Assembly (NCBI GenBank): GCA_016748015.1
Contig: JAAOMT010000470.1
Location: 175,788-239,787, forward strand
Reading direction: 5' to 3'
Origin: Geosiphon pyriformis uo1
Lineage: Eukaryota > Fungi > Glomeromycota
Length of the DNA: 64,000 nucleotides
In this document: in pieces, positions 52,174-64,000 of the stretch
Numbering within the stretch: position 1 is the stretch's first letter
How the letters are laid out: each line of letters starts with the position of its first letter
The notes under the pieces: generated by a model
Seen by the model: only the letters and a program-made list of their open reading frames with translations
Told to the model about the DNA's origin: nothing
The model's database searches: none
Program-made: the position numbers and the translations under genes

Positions 52174-53154
52174 TGTTACCAGACGAAATTAGAGATATTA
52201 TTTAGCATGAAATTATCTTATAATTCCTATCATTAATTAGCATATATTATCATTTCAAATGATCACTTATTACATTAGCAAAAAAATATCCGAAATTATC
52301 ATTTAATTAATAACTCAAATTGTAAACAACACAAATGTAACCTAATTGCGATGATCAATCATGCAATACCCCGAACTATGTAACATTCAGAAGTTCGCTG
52401 AAATTTGTAGAAATTTGCCGAAATAATTAATAGTTCACTGAAATATTTAATAGTTTGCCGAAATAATTTGTAGTTTGCCGAAATGTATCTTTAGTTCAGC
52501 AAAATTGTAGAAAATAGCAAAGTTCAAGTTCATAGAATAGTGTTACAACAAATTGTATAAAAGAAAAGCTTCTCTCTTCAAGAAAATGTATCTTACTTTA
52601 GATTTATCACTTAGAACCATTCCTACACACACAAAAAGAAATAAATATTAAATAATTCGAAAAACCAAACTCTTTAAATTATTGCACTTGGAAAATCCTC
52701 AAAACCCAACTAATGTTTTGAAATTGATTAGCTACCAATTTCAGTAAACTGTTAGTGACTCCAGGCCTGGATAGAAAATGTTTTCCTTGATAAAATTTCA
52801 TTTCTTTTACATTTTTTCTATTTTCTTTTATTTTCTTATCATAATCATTAGGGTAACCTACAGACAAAATTCCTGTAGAAGAGTTGACTTTCACAGCAAA
52901 GTAACTACACATTTTTTGTGAGCTTCCAGACAAGCAATTCCTGAGAAAGAGTTGACATTTACTACAACATAACTACATAAAGCAACTGGCACGGAATTGG
53001 CCATTCCACTTATAAGCCCAGCAGTTCAAATTATAGGAGATAATTTGAAGATAAATTCAGTTATTGGAGGTTCAACCACATCCAGAAAACGTGAATTCAC
53101 AGCAAATAAGTATTAACAACATTACAGAAAAGAGACCAAAAACCTCTGGTAACA
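52174..53154 (+). repeat. 3' LTR of G
   Basis: Direct repeat of 45276-46244. Confidence 0.95.
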
Positions 53155-53704
53155 ACGTGCCATATGGTTCTAGTAAGTCTTCTTTTTGTTGTTTGCTTTG
53201 GAACTGAAATCTTTCAAATATTGATGTCACATTTGATGTGGATGTATCCACTGATGAAATATTGATGGTGCTTCCAGGTGTGTAGTGATATGATGGAGTG
53301 GTTGGCAATTCTATTCTATGTTTCTTTCAACTAGGTAACTGTATTCCTTTTGGTGTTGCTGCTGGTGTCTGTATTCTTCCTTTATCCTTGTTTGTATAGG
53401 CAATGAGGAATTGTTGCTGTACATATCTTTCAATACTTTAATTGATCTCTCTGATAATTGGTGCGAAACTATAGTTCCTTGGTAAGCTGGTATGTTGAAA
53501 CAGTTCTGTATAAAAGTTTTCTCTGGCTGATTCAATGTTTACTGTTTCTCCTAAACAGTCAGTAATTTTATTGTTGACATAGAAGTTGAAGGCTAATTCA
53601 GCTGGGTAATGATTACTATTTAATCCTAATTGTTGGCTGTATTGTTGAAACAAGGATTTTGTGAATCCTAAATGGTTTGCTCCTATATTTTCTGATTCTG
53701 CCAC
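53155..53704 (-). pseudogene. E gag N-terminal extension
   Basis: GTG at 53704, (V)AESENIGANHLGFTKSLFQQY...; continues at 45275. Confidence 0.85.
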
Positions 53705-53766
53705 TTTTGGATGGTGTTTGTTGATGCTGGTTTTCTGTAGGATTATACCTTACAGGGAACACCAAA

Positions 53767-54616
53767 TGTTACAGTTGATTAATTGGGGTCTTGAATCCAA
53801 TAACAAACTCATAACTTGGTGCTCAAAAAGCTATTTCCATTGATGATATTCTGAAAGTGTTGTATCTAAAGGTTTTGATGGAGTCTTTTGTATAATAGAC
53901 AAAGATTCAATAGTTGTTTTATCCATAGCTTCCCAGACTTGCAAGTCTGTCAATTCTTTTCTCAGCTTGGTGGCTGGCAATTTTCTGGTAAGTAATCCAT
54001 ATTTTTTGTATGTGTCCTATCCACTCACAGGAGTCTTTTACCAAGCAATCCTTGACGTCAGTAATCAGCACTTTTAATTAATTGGTTAGTGCACAATAAC
54101 AAAATCACAGAAAAATAAAGAAAATAAAGAAATCTAAAGAAATAAGCCAAGGCAATTTGCAGATTAGTATTCCATCAATAGCCGTAATCAAAAGCTATTA
54201 TTCCAGTGTGGTTAAGTATCAATTACTATCAACATAAAGTGTTGATAGTGAGAAGTGGATTGAGATATGAAATAATTATTTATTTGATGATTGTGTTTCT
54301 AGGCTAAGGATTCGGTGGTATTAATTCTGTCTTTTCTGTTTCTAACACTACTGTTATATATACATATTTGAAATTCCTCAATTCTTCAATTCCTTGTAAC
54401 AGGAATCCTGGAATTCCTGGAATCTTACGATTTCTGATGAGAGGAATCCTGGAATTCTGGAATCCTGCGATTTTTTGTCAGAGAATTCTGAAATTCCTGG
54501 AATCCTGCAATTTCTCTAAGAGGAATTCTGGAATTCCACATTTACTATGTCTACCTCTGATTGGCTAATATCTACTGACTAATAATACTATATTTTTCTA
54601 TATTCTATGAGTAATA
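53767..54616 (-). repeat. 5' LTR of E
   Basis: Direct repeat of 36607-37456 with adjacent PBS. Confidence 0.95.
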
Positions 54617-55043
54617 GTATATAGTAATATGATGGATTAGCAAGTGAATCAAATCTTTGTTTCTTCCAAGTGAGTAGTTGAATTTGCTTTGGGGTTCCTG
54701 CTGGTGTTTGTAATTTTTCTTTTTCTTTGTCCACAAAAGTAATAGAAAATTTTTGCTTGGTGTATTTTTCAATTTCTTTGTTTATTTCTGTGATTAAGGG
54801 TGCAAATAAATAGTTTTGTGGAAGGGTAGTGTTTTGGAGTAATTCACTAAAGAAATTGTTAAAAGCAGATTCTGAATCTTTTTGATCTTCTAAGTAATAT
54901 GCAATTTTTTCATTAACATAACAATTGAAAGTTGATTCTATTGGCCAATTATTATTTACTAATCTGAAATAAGTGTGATAATATTGGAATAAAGATTTTG
55001 CAAATCCCAAGTGATTTGTTTTTGTTTCTTCAGATTCTGCTAC
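54617..55043 (-). pseudogene. D gag N-terminal extension
   Basis: LGFAKSLFQYYHTYFRL...; homologous to E 53438-53704. Confidence 0.85.
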
Positions 55044-55107
55044 TGTTTTGAATAGTTGCTATTGGTGCTGGTTCTCTGTTGGATTATACTTTACAAAGAG
55101 CACCAAA

Positions 55108-55954
55108 TATTATAATTGATTATTTGGGGTCTCAAATTAAATAACAAACCTGTAACTTGGTACTAATAGCTAATACAATTATTATGATCTGAAGATTTTG
55201 GTTGTTTGAAGATTTGGTTGAGTCTTTTGTATAATAAACAGAGATTCAATAATTGTTTTCAGTAGTCTTCCAGAATTACAATTTTGTCAATTTTTTTCTT
55301 AGCTTGGTAACCAGTAATTTTCTAATAAGTAATCCTTAATTTTAAGTGTTTATCTTTTTACAGAGGTCTTTTACCAGACAATCCTTGATGTTAATAACTC
55401 AGTGCTTAATCTTTAATTAATTAGTAACAACAAAGAAATAAAATACAAAAAAAAATTTAAAGAAAATAAAATGTAAGCCAAGGCAAATAATGTTAGTATT
55501 TTGTCAATAGTCATGATCAAAAGCTATTGTTCTAGTGTAATCAAGTATTTGATACTATCAACATAAAGTGTTGATAGTGGAAAGAGTAATTTAAATGGTA
55601 ATAATTATTTATTGATATTGATAATTATAATAGAGATGTGGTAATGGAAAGGTATTGGTAATTCTTAAATTATTCTTTTTTGCTTTTAATGCTTTTATTA
55701 TATATACATAATTTAGATTCTATGAGATTACTCATATTTCCAAGTAATATGCTATAATTTCTTGAGCAATACTCATATTGTTAAGCAATATGCTCTAATC
55801 TTCTAATATTGCTCCACATTGCTAAACAATATGCTGTAATTTCTGACATTACTCCATATTGCTGAGCAATGTGCTTATGTGCTAACTACTACTTTCTTAT
55901 TTGTCTATCTGTTTTTCTTTTATTTTTTTTTATATGTTTTCATTATAAGTAACA
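55108..55954 (-). repeat. 5' LTR of D
   Basis: Matches 8163-8370 plus 28314-28957; ends GTAACA; PBS adjacent. Confidence 0.92.
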
Positions 55955-56552
55955 GTGACAAATTTTCATGTTCAGCCCATATGCTATATTTGCTATTATT
56001 TGAATAAAAAATGTATTTATTATGGACTACAAGAACTCTTTCTTTTTTTCTATTAAGTAAGTTAGTACATATTTGATCCATAAATTCATTTTTATACTTT
56101 GACATATATTTTTTATGCTCATATATTTTTTCAAAAAAATTTTTTCAAAATTACAAGACATTATTTCTTTTATGTTTATTATAATATAAGCCTTAATAAT
56201 GTTGTTGAAATAAATAACTAAGAATTTTGAACCATCTTATTGCAGTTATAAGACTAGTAGTTTTTTTATTATTATTCTAATATTAAAAAACAATTTATGC
56301 TTAATGAATTTTTTAAATGTGGTTGGAGTAACATTGAAGTTTTGGTTTTTAATTCAATTATAACATCTTTCTGCAATGTCTTTATTATCAATTATTCTAA
56401 TTTTTTTTTGGTGTTTTCTATGTTTTAATGTTGAAAGCTTATTATTAAGCAACTAATACTTTACAAGATATCAAATTTTTTGTGCTTTTTATATACTACT
56501 ATTAATAAAAACTTTCTGTGCAATTTTCAAACTAACATTAATTTTTTTATGT
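55955..56552 (-). pseudogene. Decayed DDE DNA transposase, upstream fragment (continues at 8162)
   Basis: Translation ...KHRKHQKKIRIIDNKDIAERC...TAIRWFKILSY...GLYYNKHKRNNV...VLVVHNKYIFYSNNSK..IWAE is consistent with the YYDGHER.DV and HDE..FY.ND motifs after G>A decay. Confidence 0.72.
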
Positions 56553-57429
56553 TGTTACAAAATGGTTTTCTTGTTATATTTAATTGCTGATATCCTGTTT
56601 TAATTGCAATCAGTCTTTCGTGAGTTTCTTAATTCTATTTGTGTGATAATGTCACTGTTATACTAAAGGCTTTCTTTTTAATGTTGCAATATAAGTTATT
56701 CTTCAATTTCTGATTGTTGTGTGTGTTTATGTACTCCTTCTCAGAAGCTGAACTGAAATCTACCCACTGTCTGGGGTCTTCTCTGAGGCTATTCTTGCAA
56801 TTGCCTGATGTGTTTCTCTAATCTAGAAACACAGAATGTTAATAGTCTTTAGTGCTTTTTTTCTAATTCTTACAATAAAGCTTTTATCAATTAGTAACAA
56901 CGTGAATAATCTTGATCAAGGATTATTCTTTCAAGAGATTCAGTTGATGAATGATAGTTTCATTCAATAAATAATACAAGTAAGTTTCTTAATACTTTGG
57001 GTTGTGATAATTCAGTTTTAAATATTCTTTTTCATTTTTTTTTGATTTAAAGGTTTCTTGGGATATTTAATTTAAAAGTATGGTTTAAAGTGGAGTTTGT
57101 TGGATAAAATTGGATCTATTGCTTGATAAGTTATGATTTTTATTACTTGATTGTTTTTTTCCCAATATTAAAACTACTGTATATATACATGTTTGTAGTT
57201 CTACGAGAAAACACATTGTAATACTTTCTTTTTGATATTTCAACCTGGTGTTTGTTGCTATCACCAGTTGGTGTTGGCTGCTATTGTAAACTGGTGCTTG
57301 CCACTATCGCGAGATGGTGTTTGCTACTATGTTAATTATTACCTTTTTAAGATATTACTGCACTATATTATGATTGAATAGTTTGTATTATTTTTATGAT
57401 TTTTTTTGCTAAATTCTTAAACCATAACA
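56553..57429 (-). repeat. 3' LTR of H
   Basis: TGTTAC...ATAACA; matches 63419-64000; 23-bp array 57246-57330 upstream (minus strand) of a TATATATA box near 57180. Confidence 0.92.
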
Positions 57430-57442
57430 TTATCCCCTCCTT

Positions 57443-57595
57443 TCAAAATTGAGCTTCATCGAAATTGAAGTTAATTTTTTCATTAAATTCTAAGTTACTA
57501 TAGTGGTTTAATACTGTATTATTAATTTGTTGTTGTAATTCTTGAAATTGCGAATTGGTAAGTCGTCCAATACTGTTGGTTGTTATTATGTTCAT
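57443..57595 (-). pseudogene. H deletion scar: 50-aa mini-ORF joining the integrase-position ATG to the ORF3 C-terminus
   Basis: MNIITTNSIGRLTNSQFQELQQQI...NFDEAQF*; the tail aligns with the ORF3 ends of A, C and E. Confidence 0.75.
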
Positions 57596-57624
57596 GGTTG
57601 TTGTGGCAGGTGGGTTGGTAATTT

Positions 57625-60600
57625 TTATGTGTGTCTCATTCTTGACAAACAGTTAGCATTAGCATTTTTGGTACCTTTTTTGTATTTGATAATATAATTG
57701 TATGGTGCTAACGTTTGTGACCATCTGGCGTATTTTCTTTTTAGCGCTTTCTTGTTATTTAACCAGACCAGACCTCTATAATCTGTTGTAATCTCAAAGG
57801 GTTGGTACTGTAAATATGTGTCAAAGTGAACACAACTCCAGACTACTGCTAAGCATTTAAGTTCATGTGCTGCATAGTTTTGTTTTGCTGTACTGAGATT
57901 TCTGCTGGCATAAGTGATTACACGTTCTCTTCCATTATCATTTTTTTGTGACAGAATGGCTCCAAGTCCAGTTCCAGAGGCATCTGTGGCCAAAATGAAT
58001 TTCTTGTTGAAATTCAGATAGATTATTATTGGTGATTCAATGAGCTTTCATCTAAGGTACTTAAAAGCTTTTTGTTGTGCTTTGGTTCATTCAAACTTCA
58101 CATTTTTGGATAGTAAGTAATTAAGGGGTTTGGCGATGTTTGAAAAGTTTTTTACAAAGTGACAGTAGTAAGATGCAAGTGCTAAAAAGCTTCTAACTTC
58201 TGAAACGTTTCAAGGTACTGGAAAATTTTTCACTTTGTCTATTTTTGATGGATCTGGTTTTATTTCATCTTTTCCAACTACGTGTCTTAAAAATGCTAGC
58301 TTATTTTTCTCAAAGAAACATTTTTCTAGATTTAGTTTAAGTCCAGTGTGTCTCAATCTCTCAAAAACTTGTTGTAAATGTTGGAGATGATCCATGAATT
58401 TTGACAAGAAAACATTTGTATCATCTAAGTAGACAACAACGGATTGCCACAGAATTCCGGAGTAAATTATGTCCATTAGTTTTTGGAATGTCACGGAAGT
58501 GTTTGTTAATCTAAATGGCATTACATTGAACTCATAATTGTTATTTTGTGTTGTGAATGCTGTTTTATGCCTGTTCTTTGGGTCCATTTCCACTTGCCAG
58601 TACCCACTGGTCAAGTCCAGTATAGAAAACCATTTTGCTCCTCCAAAAACATCAAAAATTTTGTCAATTAACAGTATTGGGTATGAGTCTTTGGTTGTTT
58701 TGCTGTTTAGTTTGCGATAGTTGACACAAAATCTAATTTTTCCGTTCTTTTTTCTTACTAAAACAACTGGTGAGGACCATGGGCTCATTAATGGTTGTAT
58801 TATTCTTTTTTCCAACATGCTTTGAACTTCTTTTCTGATAAAATTATGCTCCATTAGTGGGACACGGTAAGCGTGTTGTTTTTCAGGTCTGGCATCTCCA
58901 ATGAGAATTTGGTGTTGAACCAAGTTGGTTCTTCCAAATTTGCCATTTCGTGAAAATATATCAGAGTATTTTAAAATTAATGCTTTTAATTGTTGCTGTT
59001 GGTCAGGATCCATTGTTCTAATGTTTAATTTGGCCAATTCTTCTGGTGTAAATTGATAGCATTCTAATGGTTGTTGCCAATTTATTGAAGTGAGTTCACA
59101 GTAGAGGGCAATTTCTGGGAAATTTAGAATTTCTTGTGGTATTGACGCATTTTCTAGCTCCGTTCCGAGATATCCAATAATGGTATCTTCCGGAATGTAG
59201 ACAGTTTCTTCTGTGGTGTTTGCAATAGGAATTTTTATCCATTGAGCTTTATCAGCTGGAATAAAAAGATTAGTAAGTCCTATGAGAAACTGTTGGCAAG
59301 TTTCTGAATAGGGCTCAAATATTAGGTCTTTTTCTTTAATTGTCCTTTTTATTCTTATTTCTGATTTTCCATATAGTAGAAGCGTGATGGACCACTCATT
59401 TTTAATTACTTCGCCTTTTTCCTTTATTGTTTCAGTGAAATTCACTTCAATTCCTTTTCCTGTTGATCTGAAACCAAAAGTTCTTCTCGTTGTTTGTGAC
59501 AATTTTTTACAATTTTCTACTGACACGAATTTCCCAATTTTTACCAATGGTAGAAAAATTGCTTGTGCAATTTTTTTCTTAGATTTAATGATATAAGGCT
59601 TTTCTGAATTGTTCTGTAGCAAAACCATCAAATTTCCAGTGTATCCAGAGTCAATTACTCTTCCTTGAACACTTATTCCTTTTTTTGCAAGGCTTGATCA
59701 CAACACTATTTGAACCATTATTCCTGGCGGAATTTTAACCACTATTTTTAGGTCAATTTTGGTGATGCTCCTGAGTGGTAATGTTGTGGATTGGTCTTCC
59801 GGATAATGTAGATCGAATCCGGCGTTGGTTGGATGAACTCTTTCAGGTATTATTCTTAAGTGCCTGTTGTCAAAGTATTGGATGTCAGTTATCTGTTCTA
59901 AGTCGGTATAGACTACAAATTTTTCTGACTTGGGACCGTCAGGTAAGTCTTGTTGATTTATTGATTGATTTTGAGACTGCTGATTCTCAATTTCCATTTT
60001 TCTTTCTAAGCCTTTTTTGTCTTGACACTCTTCACAGCACTGATTTTGGCACAGGATGAGACAGTTTTCACAGAGGTAAGTGTTAATTTGGGCGAGATAT
60101 TGTTCTTGCTCTTGTCAAGTGGGACATAGTTGTTAGTAGTAGTTCTGGAATTCGTCCACTGGGTCGAACATGTTGTAGCTGGTAACTTTGTCGGCTACTT
60201 CGGCTGACTCTTTCCAACATTGTATTTCTTCGGCAGTTCCTCTTCTTACTTTGGCTTGTACAGTATTGTACAATTTGTCCTCATCGTGTGAGTAGTGCTG
60301 TAGTCTTTTTAATGCTCTATTGAATGCTGCTTTGAACGGCATTCCTCCTCTTATCCAGTCACAGATGAGGATTGTGTATTGGCAAGTTGCATTACACATT
60401 CCTCCTCTGTCTGGTATGTCATTCCAGTCACACCCTCTTGGTAACGGTTCTCCACAAGTGAGGCATAGTTCCTCGTCCCATTTTCCGTGTCTTTCTGGGT
60501 AACCGTATTTTTCTTTGTTACAATAGTTACAATAGTAGTGGGTGGGGTTTCTTGGGTCTTTGTCTGGTGCACTACACACAGTCATAGACAAGAGTTTCTT

Positions 60601-63336
60601 CTTGCAAACCGAGCATTCTAACTTTGGTCTGCGTCACTGGTGGTTTCTTTGTGAACTTACCTGGTTCTATTCAGATCTTTTTTTGCTGGTCCACATTGGT
60701 ATGGCTGGTAGTCCTGTTCTTTGGTCATCAGCCCAAGAGAGCTGATAGGTTTTGATGACTGGTAGTGCTGGATTTTCCTCAAATTTGAAAGTAGGTCTTT
60801 GGTTGGCACTGGGTTTTTGGAAGTGGTCACAGGTGGCTGGAATTTTGGCCTGGTGGCCATTATAATTGATCAGAAGCTCTTGGGTGGTCCAGTCTAGGGT
60901 GGTGTTGGCTTTTGTTAATCAGTCATTCTCTACTAACACTTGATATTGTGTAGTATCCATTACTAATACTTTTGTAAGTATTACTATGTTGTTAATTTCA
61001 AAAGGAAATGAGTCGATTTTGCCATAAGGCAGCTTTGTACTTCTATCGGCTGTTATGATTTGGGACGTTGCAGCACGATCAACTTTGAAACCCAGTTGGT
61101 TTACTAGTTGAAGCATTACGATGCTTCCAGCAGATCTGCTGTCTAAGATAAGTTTGATTGGGATATTGTTTACAGTGGCTTCCGTATACATAGCAGTGAT
61201 TGGGCGTTTTTCGTCTAATGCTGTTCCACTAAACATAGCCTCGTTTTCTTCTAATTCAAAAGAAAAAATAGCTATGAGGCTGCTATTTTCAGTGGCAACT
61301 GCTGGTGGTATTGTCTGGCTCAATTTGTTGGAGGAATTCTTGATTCTGTTTATGTTTTTACCATTATTATTTCCAATGATCAGATTTTCTGGTATATTAA
61401 GATAAGTTTGTTGATAATTTTGGTAGTTTGGATTGGTTTGCTAATTGGTTTCGGCGTGGTTTGGATTCCTCTGGACCAACGCATTCTGGTTCTACATGGG
61501 CTGATTTTGGGCCTTGGGATGTCAATTCGGGTTGGCTATCATGGGCTGTTGCTGGTAAGCTCCTTGATTTTGATACATGATGGGATATTGGTGTAGTATT
61601 GGTATGTACTGGTTTCTGGGCATTTGGGGTGGCATGTAGTAATTATTTTCGTGTGCTTTCTGCATCATTTGCGTTCGACATTGACTAATCAAATATCCTA
61701 CGTATTTGCAAAAATGGCAAGCACGCGTTTCTGTTCTGAATTCCTGGCGCAATGAGCGATTATTTCAACTGTTGTTGACTTCCTGGCTGCGTTTTTGGGG
61801 TGGTTGGTATGTATTTCTTCCCAGATCCGGGATGAGGTAACTTTCTATTTTCTTAGAGAGTTCCTCCCCTAATTGTGTTACTCTTTTCTCTAATGTTTCT
61901 GTCTTATTTTCCTCCATTACCATGTTAACTATTTGACTATGGTTAGCTTCTTTCTCAGCCAATTCAAGGACTCTGGCGAGCGTAATGGCTTCTGGTAAGG
62001 AATTAGGGTGGGTAGGGTGTACTTTTCCTAAAATGCTACTTTTTAATCTTCTAATAAACTGATTTAAAATCTGAGGATCAGTGTAGTATCCTTGTTCAAT
62101 CGCTTCAATCTAATGACAAATTCAATTGAATTGAGCAAGGTATTGGGTAACAGTTTCACTGGTATTTTGCTTGATAGTATTGAATTCATTCTGTAGTTGG
62201 ATTATGGTATTTGGGTTGCTAAAATACTCCAGGAGTGCATTTTTAAATTTGGTGAAGCTTGTGAGTTTTGTTTCCAGGCTTTGATACCACGAGTTGGCTG
62301 TGCCTTTCAGGAAGAAAGGTAATGTTTGAATTACTCTTTGGTCATTCTAGTTATTTGCTTGAATGGCTTTTTGTGCTTCTCTGAGCCATGTGTGCACGTC
62401 TATTTTTTTTTCCTCTCCTGAGAAATCTGTTAGCCTTGCAATGTATGGTGTGGTCATTTCGTTGCTGTTTTCTGCTGGTGGACTTATTGGTCTAAGAGGA
62501 AGTGGGATGATATTTCCTTGAGCATTCCTAAAGGTGACTTCCCTTATATCCAGTTCTTCCTCTTGATCACAAGTTTCTTGGTTTCTGGACTGGCTGCTTG
62601 TTCCAGTAACTGGTCTTGTGATTGTTTTTTCGCTGGTCTCTTTTTCGGATTCCAATTCAGACTCCTCTTCATGGTTTTCAAACCCCATTCTAAATTTTGG
62701 CTGAAAAAAAGGGTTTTGAAATAGTGATGAATATTCTCCTGTAATTGGTATGTCTCTCCAGTTACATTGTTTAATTTTATCAGTATAACTAGGAGTTCTT
62801 GGCATTTGTGGAGTTGATGTTGATGATGATGCAGCTCTTAATGGAATTTGTATCTTATTTTCTGGTGAAAAATGGTATGATTTATCTTCTGGTAAATAAA
62901 TATGTTGTTTCTTTATTGATTAAGTGACAGTTTTCTTTGGTGTTTGAGCTGGTGTTCCTAGTTTTTGCTGGTTACTTTCCTGATTAGTTTCTAAATTTTT
63001 TTTGGTTTTGTTGGCACGTTCCCTAGTGTTTCCTGTGGATATTGGAAAATTTTCGTTGGTGTATTGCTCAATTTTTCAATGGATTTTGACAATAGTTGCG
63101 GCTATTACTGCTACTTCTTTTGTAGTGTATTGTGATAATTCTCTATACAATCCAAGTTTTGCGTCGTGTGGTTCTTCTTCCTTTCCTATATGATAATTTA
63201 TTTTGGCATTGATATAATAAGTGAGGGCAGATTCTGCTGGACAACACCCTTCTGGTAATCCAAGATCACTTTGATTTTGTGTGTAAATAGCATGGCAGAA
63301 TTCAAGAACAATAAGATTAGGGGTTTTTGTTACCAC
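57625..63336 (-). pseudogene. H gag-pol: one 1904-codon frame broken only by nonsense mutations
   Basis: ORF-track pieces starting at 63336, 62805, 61323, 60591, 59997, 59631 and 57993 are in frame; CHFCKYVGYLISQC, LILDSRSAGS, AGFDL, YLDD, ATDASGTGLGAIL. Confidence 0.95.
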
Positions 63337-63418
63337 TTTTGTCTCTTCTTTTTTAGCAATGAATTATTGCTAATTATTATTTCTTTTTTGATTTTCTTTC
63401 CTTATAGGGTTCACCAAA

Positions 63419-64000
63419 TATTACAGGATGGTTTTCTTGTTATATTTAATTGCTGATATCCTGTTTTAATTGCAATCAGTCTTTCGTGAGTTTCTCAATT
63501 CTATTTGTGTGATAATGTTACTATTATACTAAAGGCTTTCTTTTTAATGTTGCAATGTAAGTTATTCTTCAATTCCTGATTGTTGTGTGTGTTTATGTAC
63601 TTCTTTTCAAAAGCTGAACTGAAATTTACCCACTGTCTGGGGTCTTCTCTGAGACTATCCTTGCAATTGCCTAATGTGTTTCTCTAATTTAGAAACACAG
63701 AATGTTAATGGTCTTTAGCACTTTTTTTCTAATTTTTACAATAAAGCTTTTATCAATTAGTAACAACGTGAATAATCTTGATCAAGGATTATTCTTCCAA
63801 GAGATTCAGTTGATAAATGATAGTTTCATTCAATAAATAATACAAGTAAGTTTCTTAATACTTTGAGTTGTGATAATTCAGTTTTAAATATTCTTTTTCA
63901 TTTTTTTTTGATTTAAAGGTTTCTTGGGATATTTAATTTAAAAGTATGATTTAAAGTGGAGTTTGTTGGATAAAATTGGATCTATTGCTTGATAAGTTAT
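63419..64000 (-). repeat. 5' LTR of H (partial)
   Basis: Near-identical to 56553 to about 57134. Confidence 0.93.

Larger units (their letters stand above)
45276..53154 (+). mobile_element. Element G: family-2 Gypsy element lacking integrase and most of ORF3 (internal deletion), inserted in E gag
   Basis: LTRs 45276-46244 and 52174-53154; TSD ACAT (45272-45275) / ACGT (53155-53158); PBS TGGTGCTCTCCCACGG at 46247; PPT GAGGAGGAGG at 52161. Confidence 0.95.
36607..54616 (-). mobile_element. Element E: full-length family-1 Gypsy element inserted in D gag; hosts G
   Basis: LTRs 36607-37456 and 53767-54616; TSD GTGT (36603-36606) / GTAT (54617-54620); PBS 53748-53764; PPT 37457-37472. Confidence 0.93.
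8163..55954 (-). mobile_element. Element D: full-length family-1 variant Gypsy element (about 9.8 kb of own sequence) hosting C(F) and E(G)
   Basis: 3' LTR is split into 8163-8370 and 28314-28957; 5' LTR 55108-55954; TSD GTGG (8159-8162) / GTGA (55955-55958); PPT about 28958-28972; PBS about 55090-55105. Confidence 0.9.
56553..64000 (-). mobile_element. Element H: family-3 Gypsy element lacking integrase and most of ORF3; the 5' LTR runs off the window
   Basis: 3' LTR 56553-57429, PPT AAAGGAGGGGATAA, 5' LTR from 63419, PBS TGGTGAACCCTATAAGG (63400-63416), left flank ATGT. Confidence 0.93.

Noticed and set aside
1-64000. Any intact protein-coding gene, tRNA or rRNA
   Set aside because: Every segment is accounted for by the nested elements or the transposase relic, all frames contain stops, and the tRNA-like matches are only PBS-length.

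Overview
This is AT-rich eukaryotic repeat DNA with no recognisable host genes; a fungal, Glomeromycotina-like origin is my inference only. The window is a nest of eight Ty3/Gypsy LTR retrotransposons (A-H) from three related families, sitting inside one heavily decayed DDE DNA-transposase gene. B, D and H inserted into the transposase, A into B, C into the 3' LTR of D, E into D gag, F into the C protease, and G into E gag. Most junctions show TGTTAC...GTAACA LTR ends and 4-bp target-site duplications (TSDs). All copies are pseudogenised by C>T/G>A changes, but comparing them reveals a shared, unusual organisation resembling complex retroviruses. (1) One long ORF encodes Gag, protease, a Cys-rich domain, dUTPase, RT and RNase H, and apparently starts at a conserved GUG after an AUG-depleted leader. 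(2) Integrase is a separate ORF with its own ATG. (3) A third ORF of about 210-235 aa and unknown function lies before the PPT. (4) Family-specific tandem arrays in U3 change together with that third ORF, suggesting a self-encoded transactivator/operator pair.
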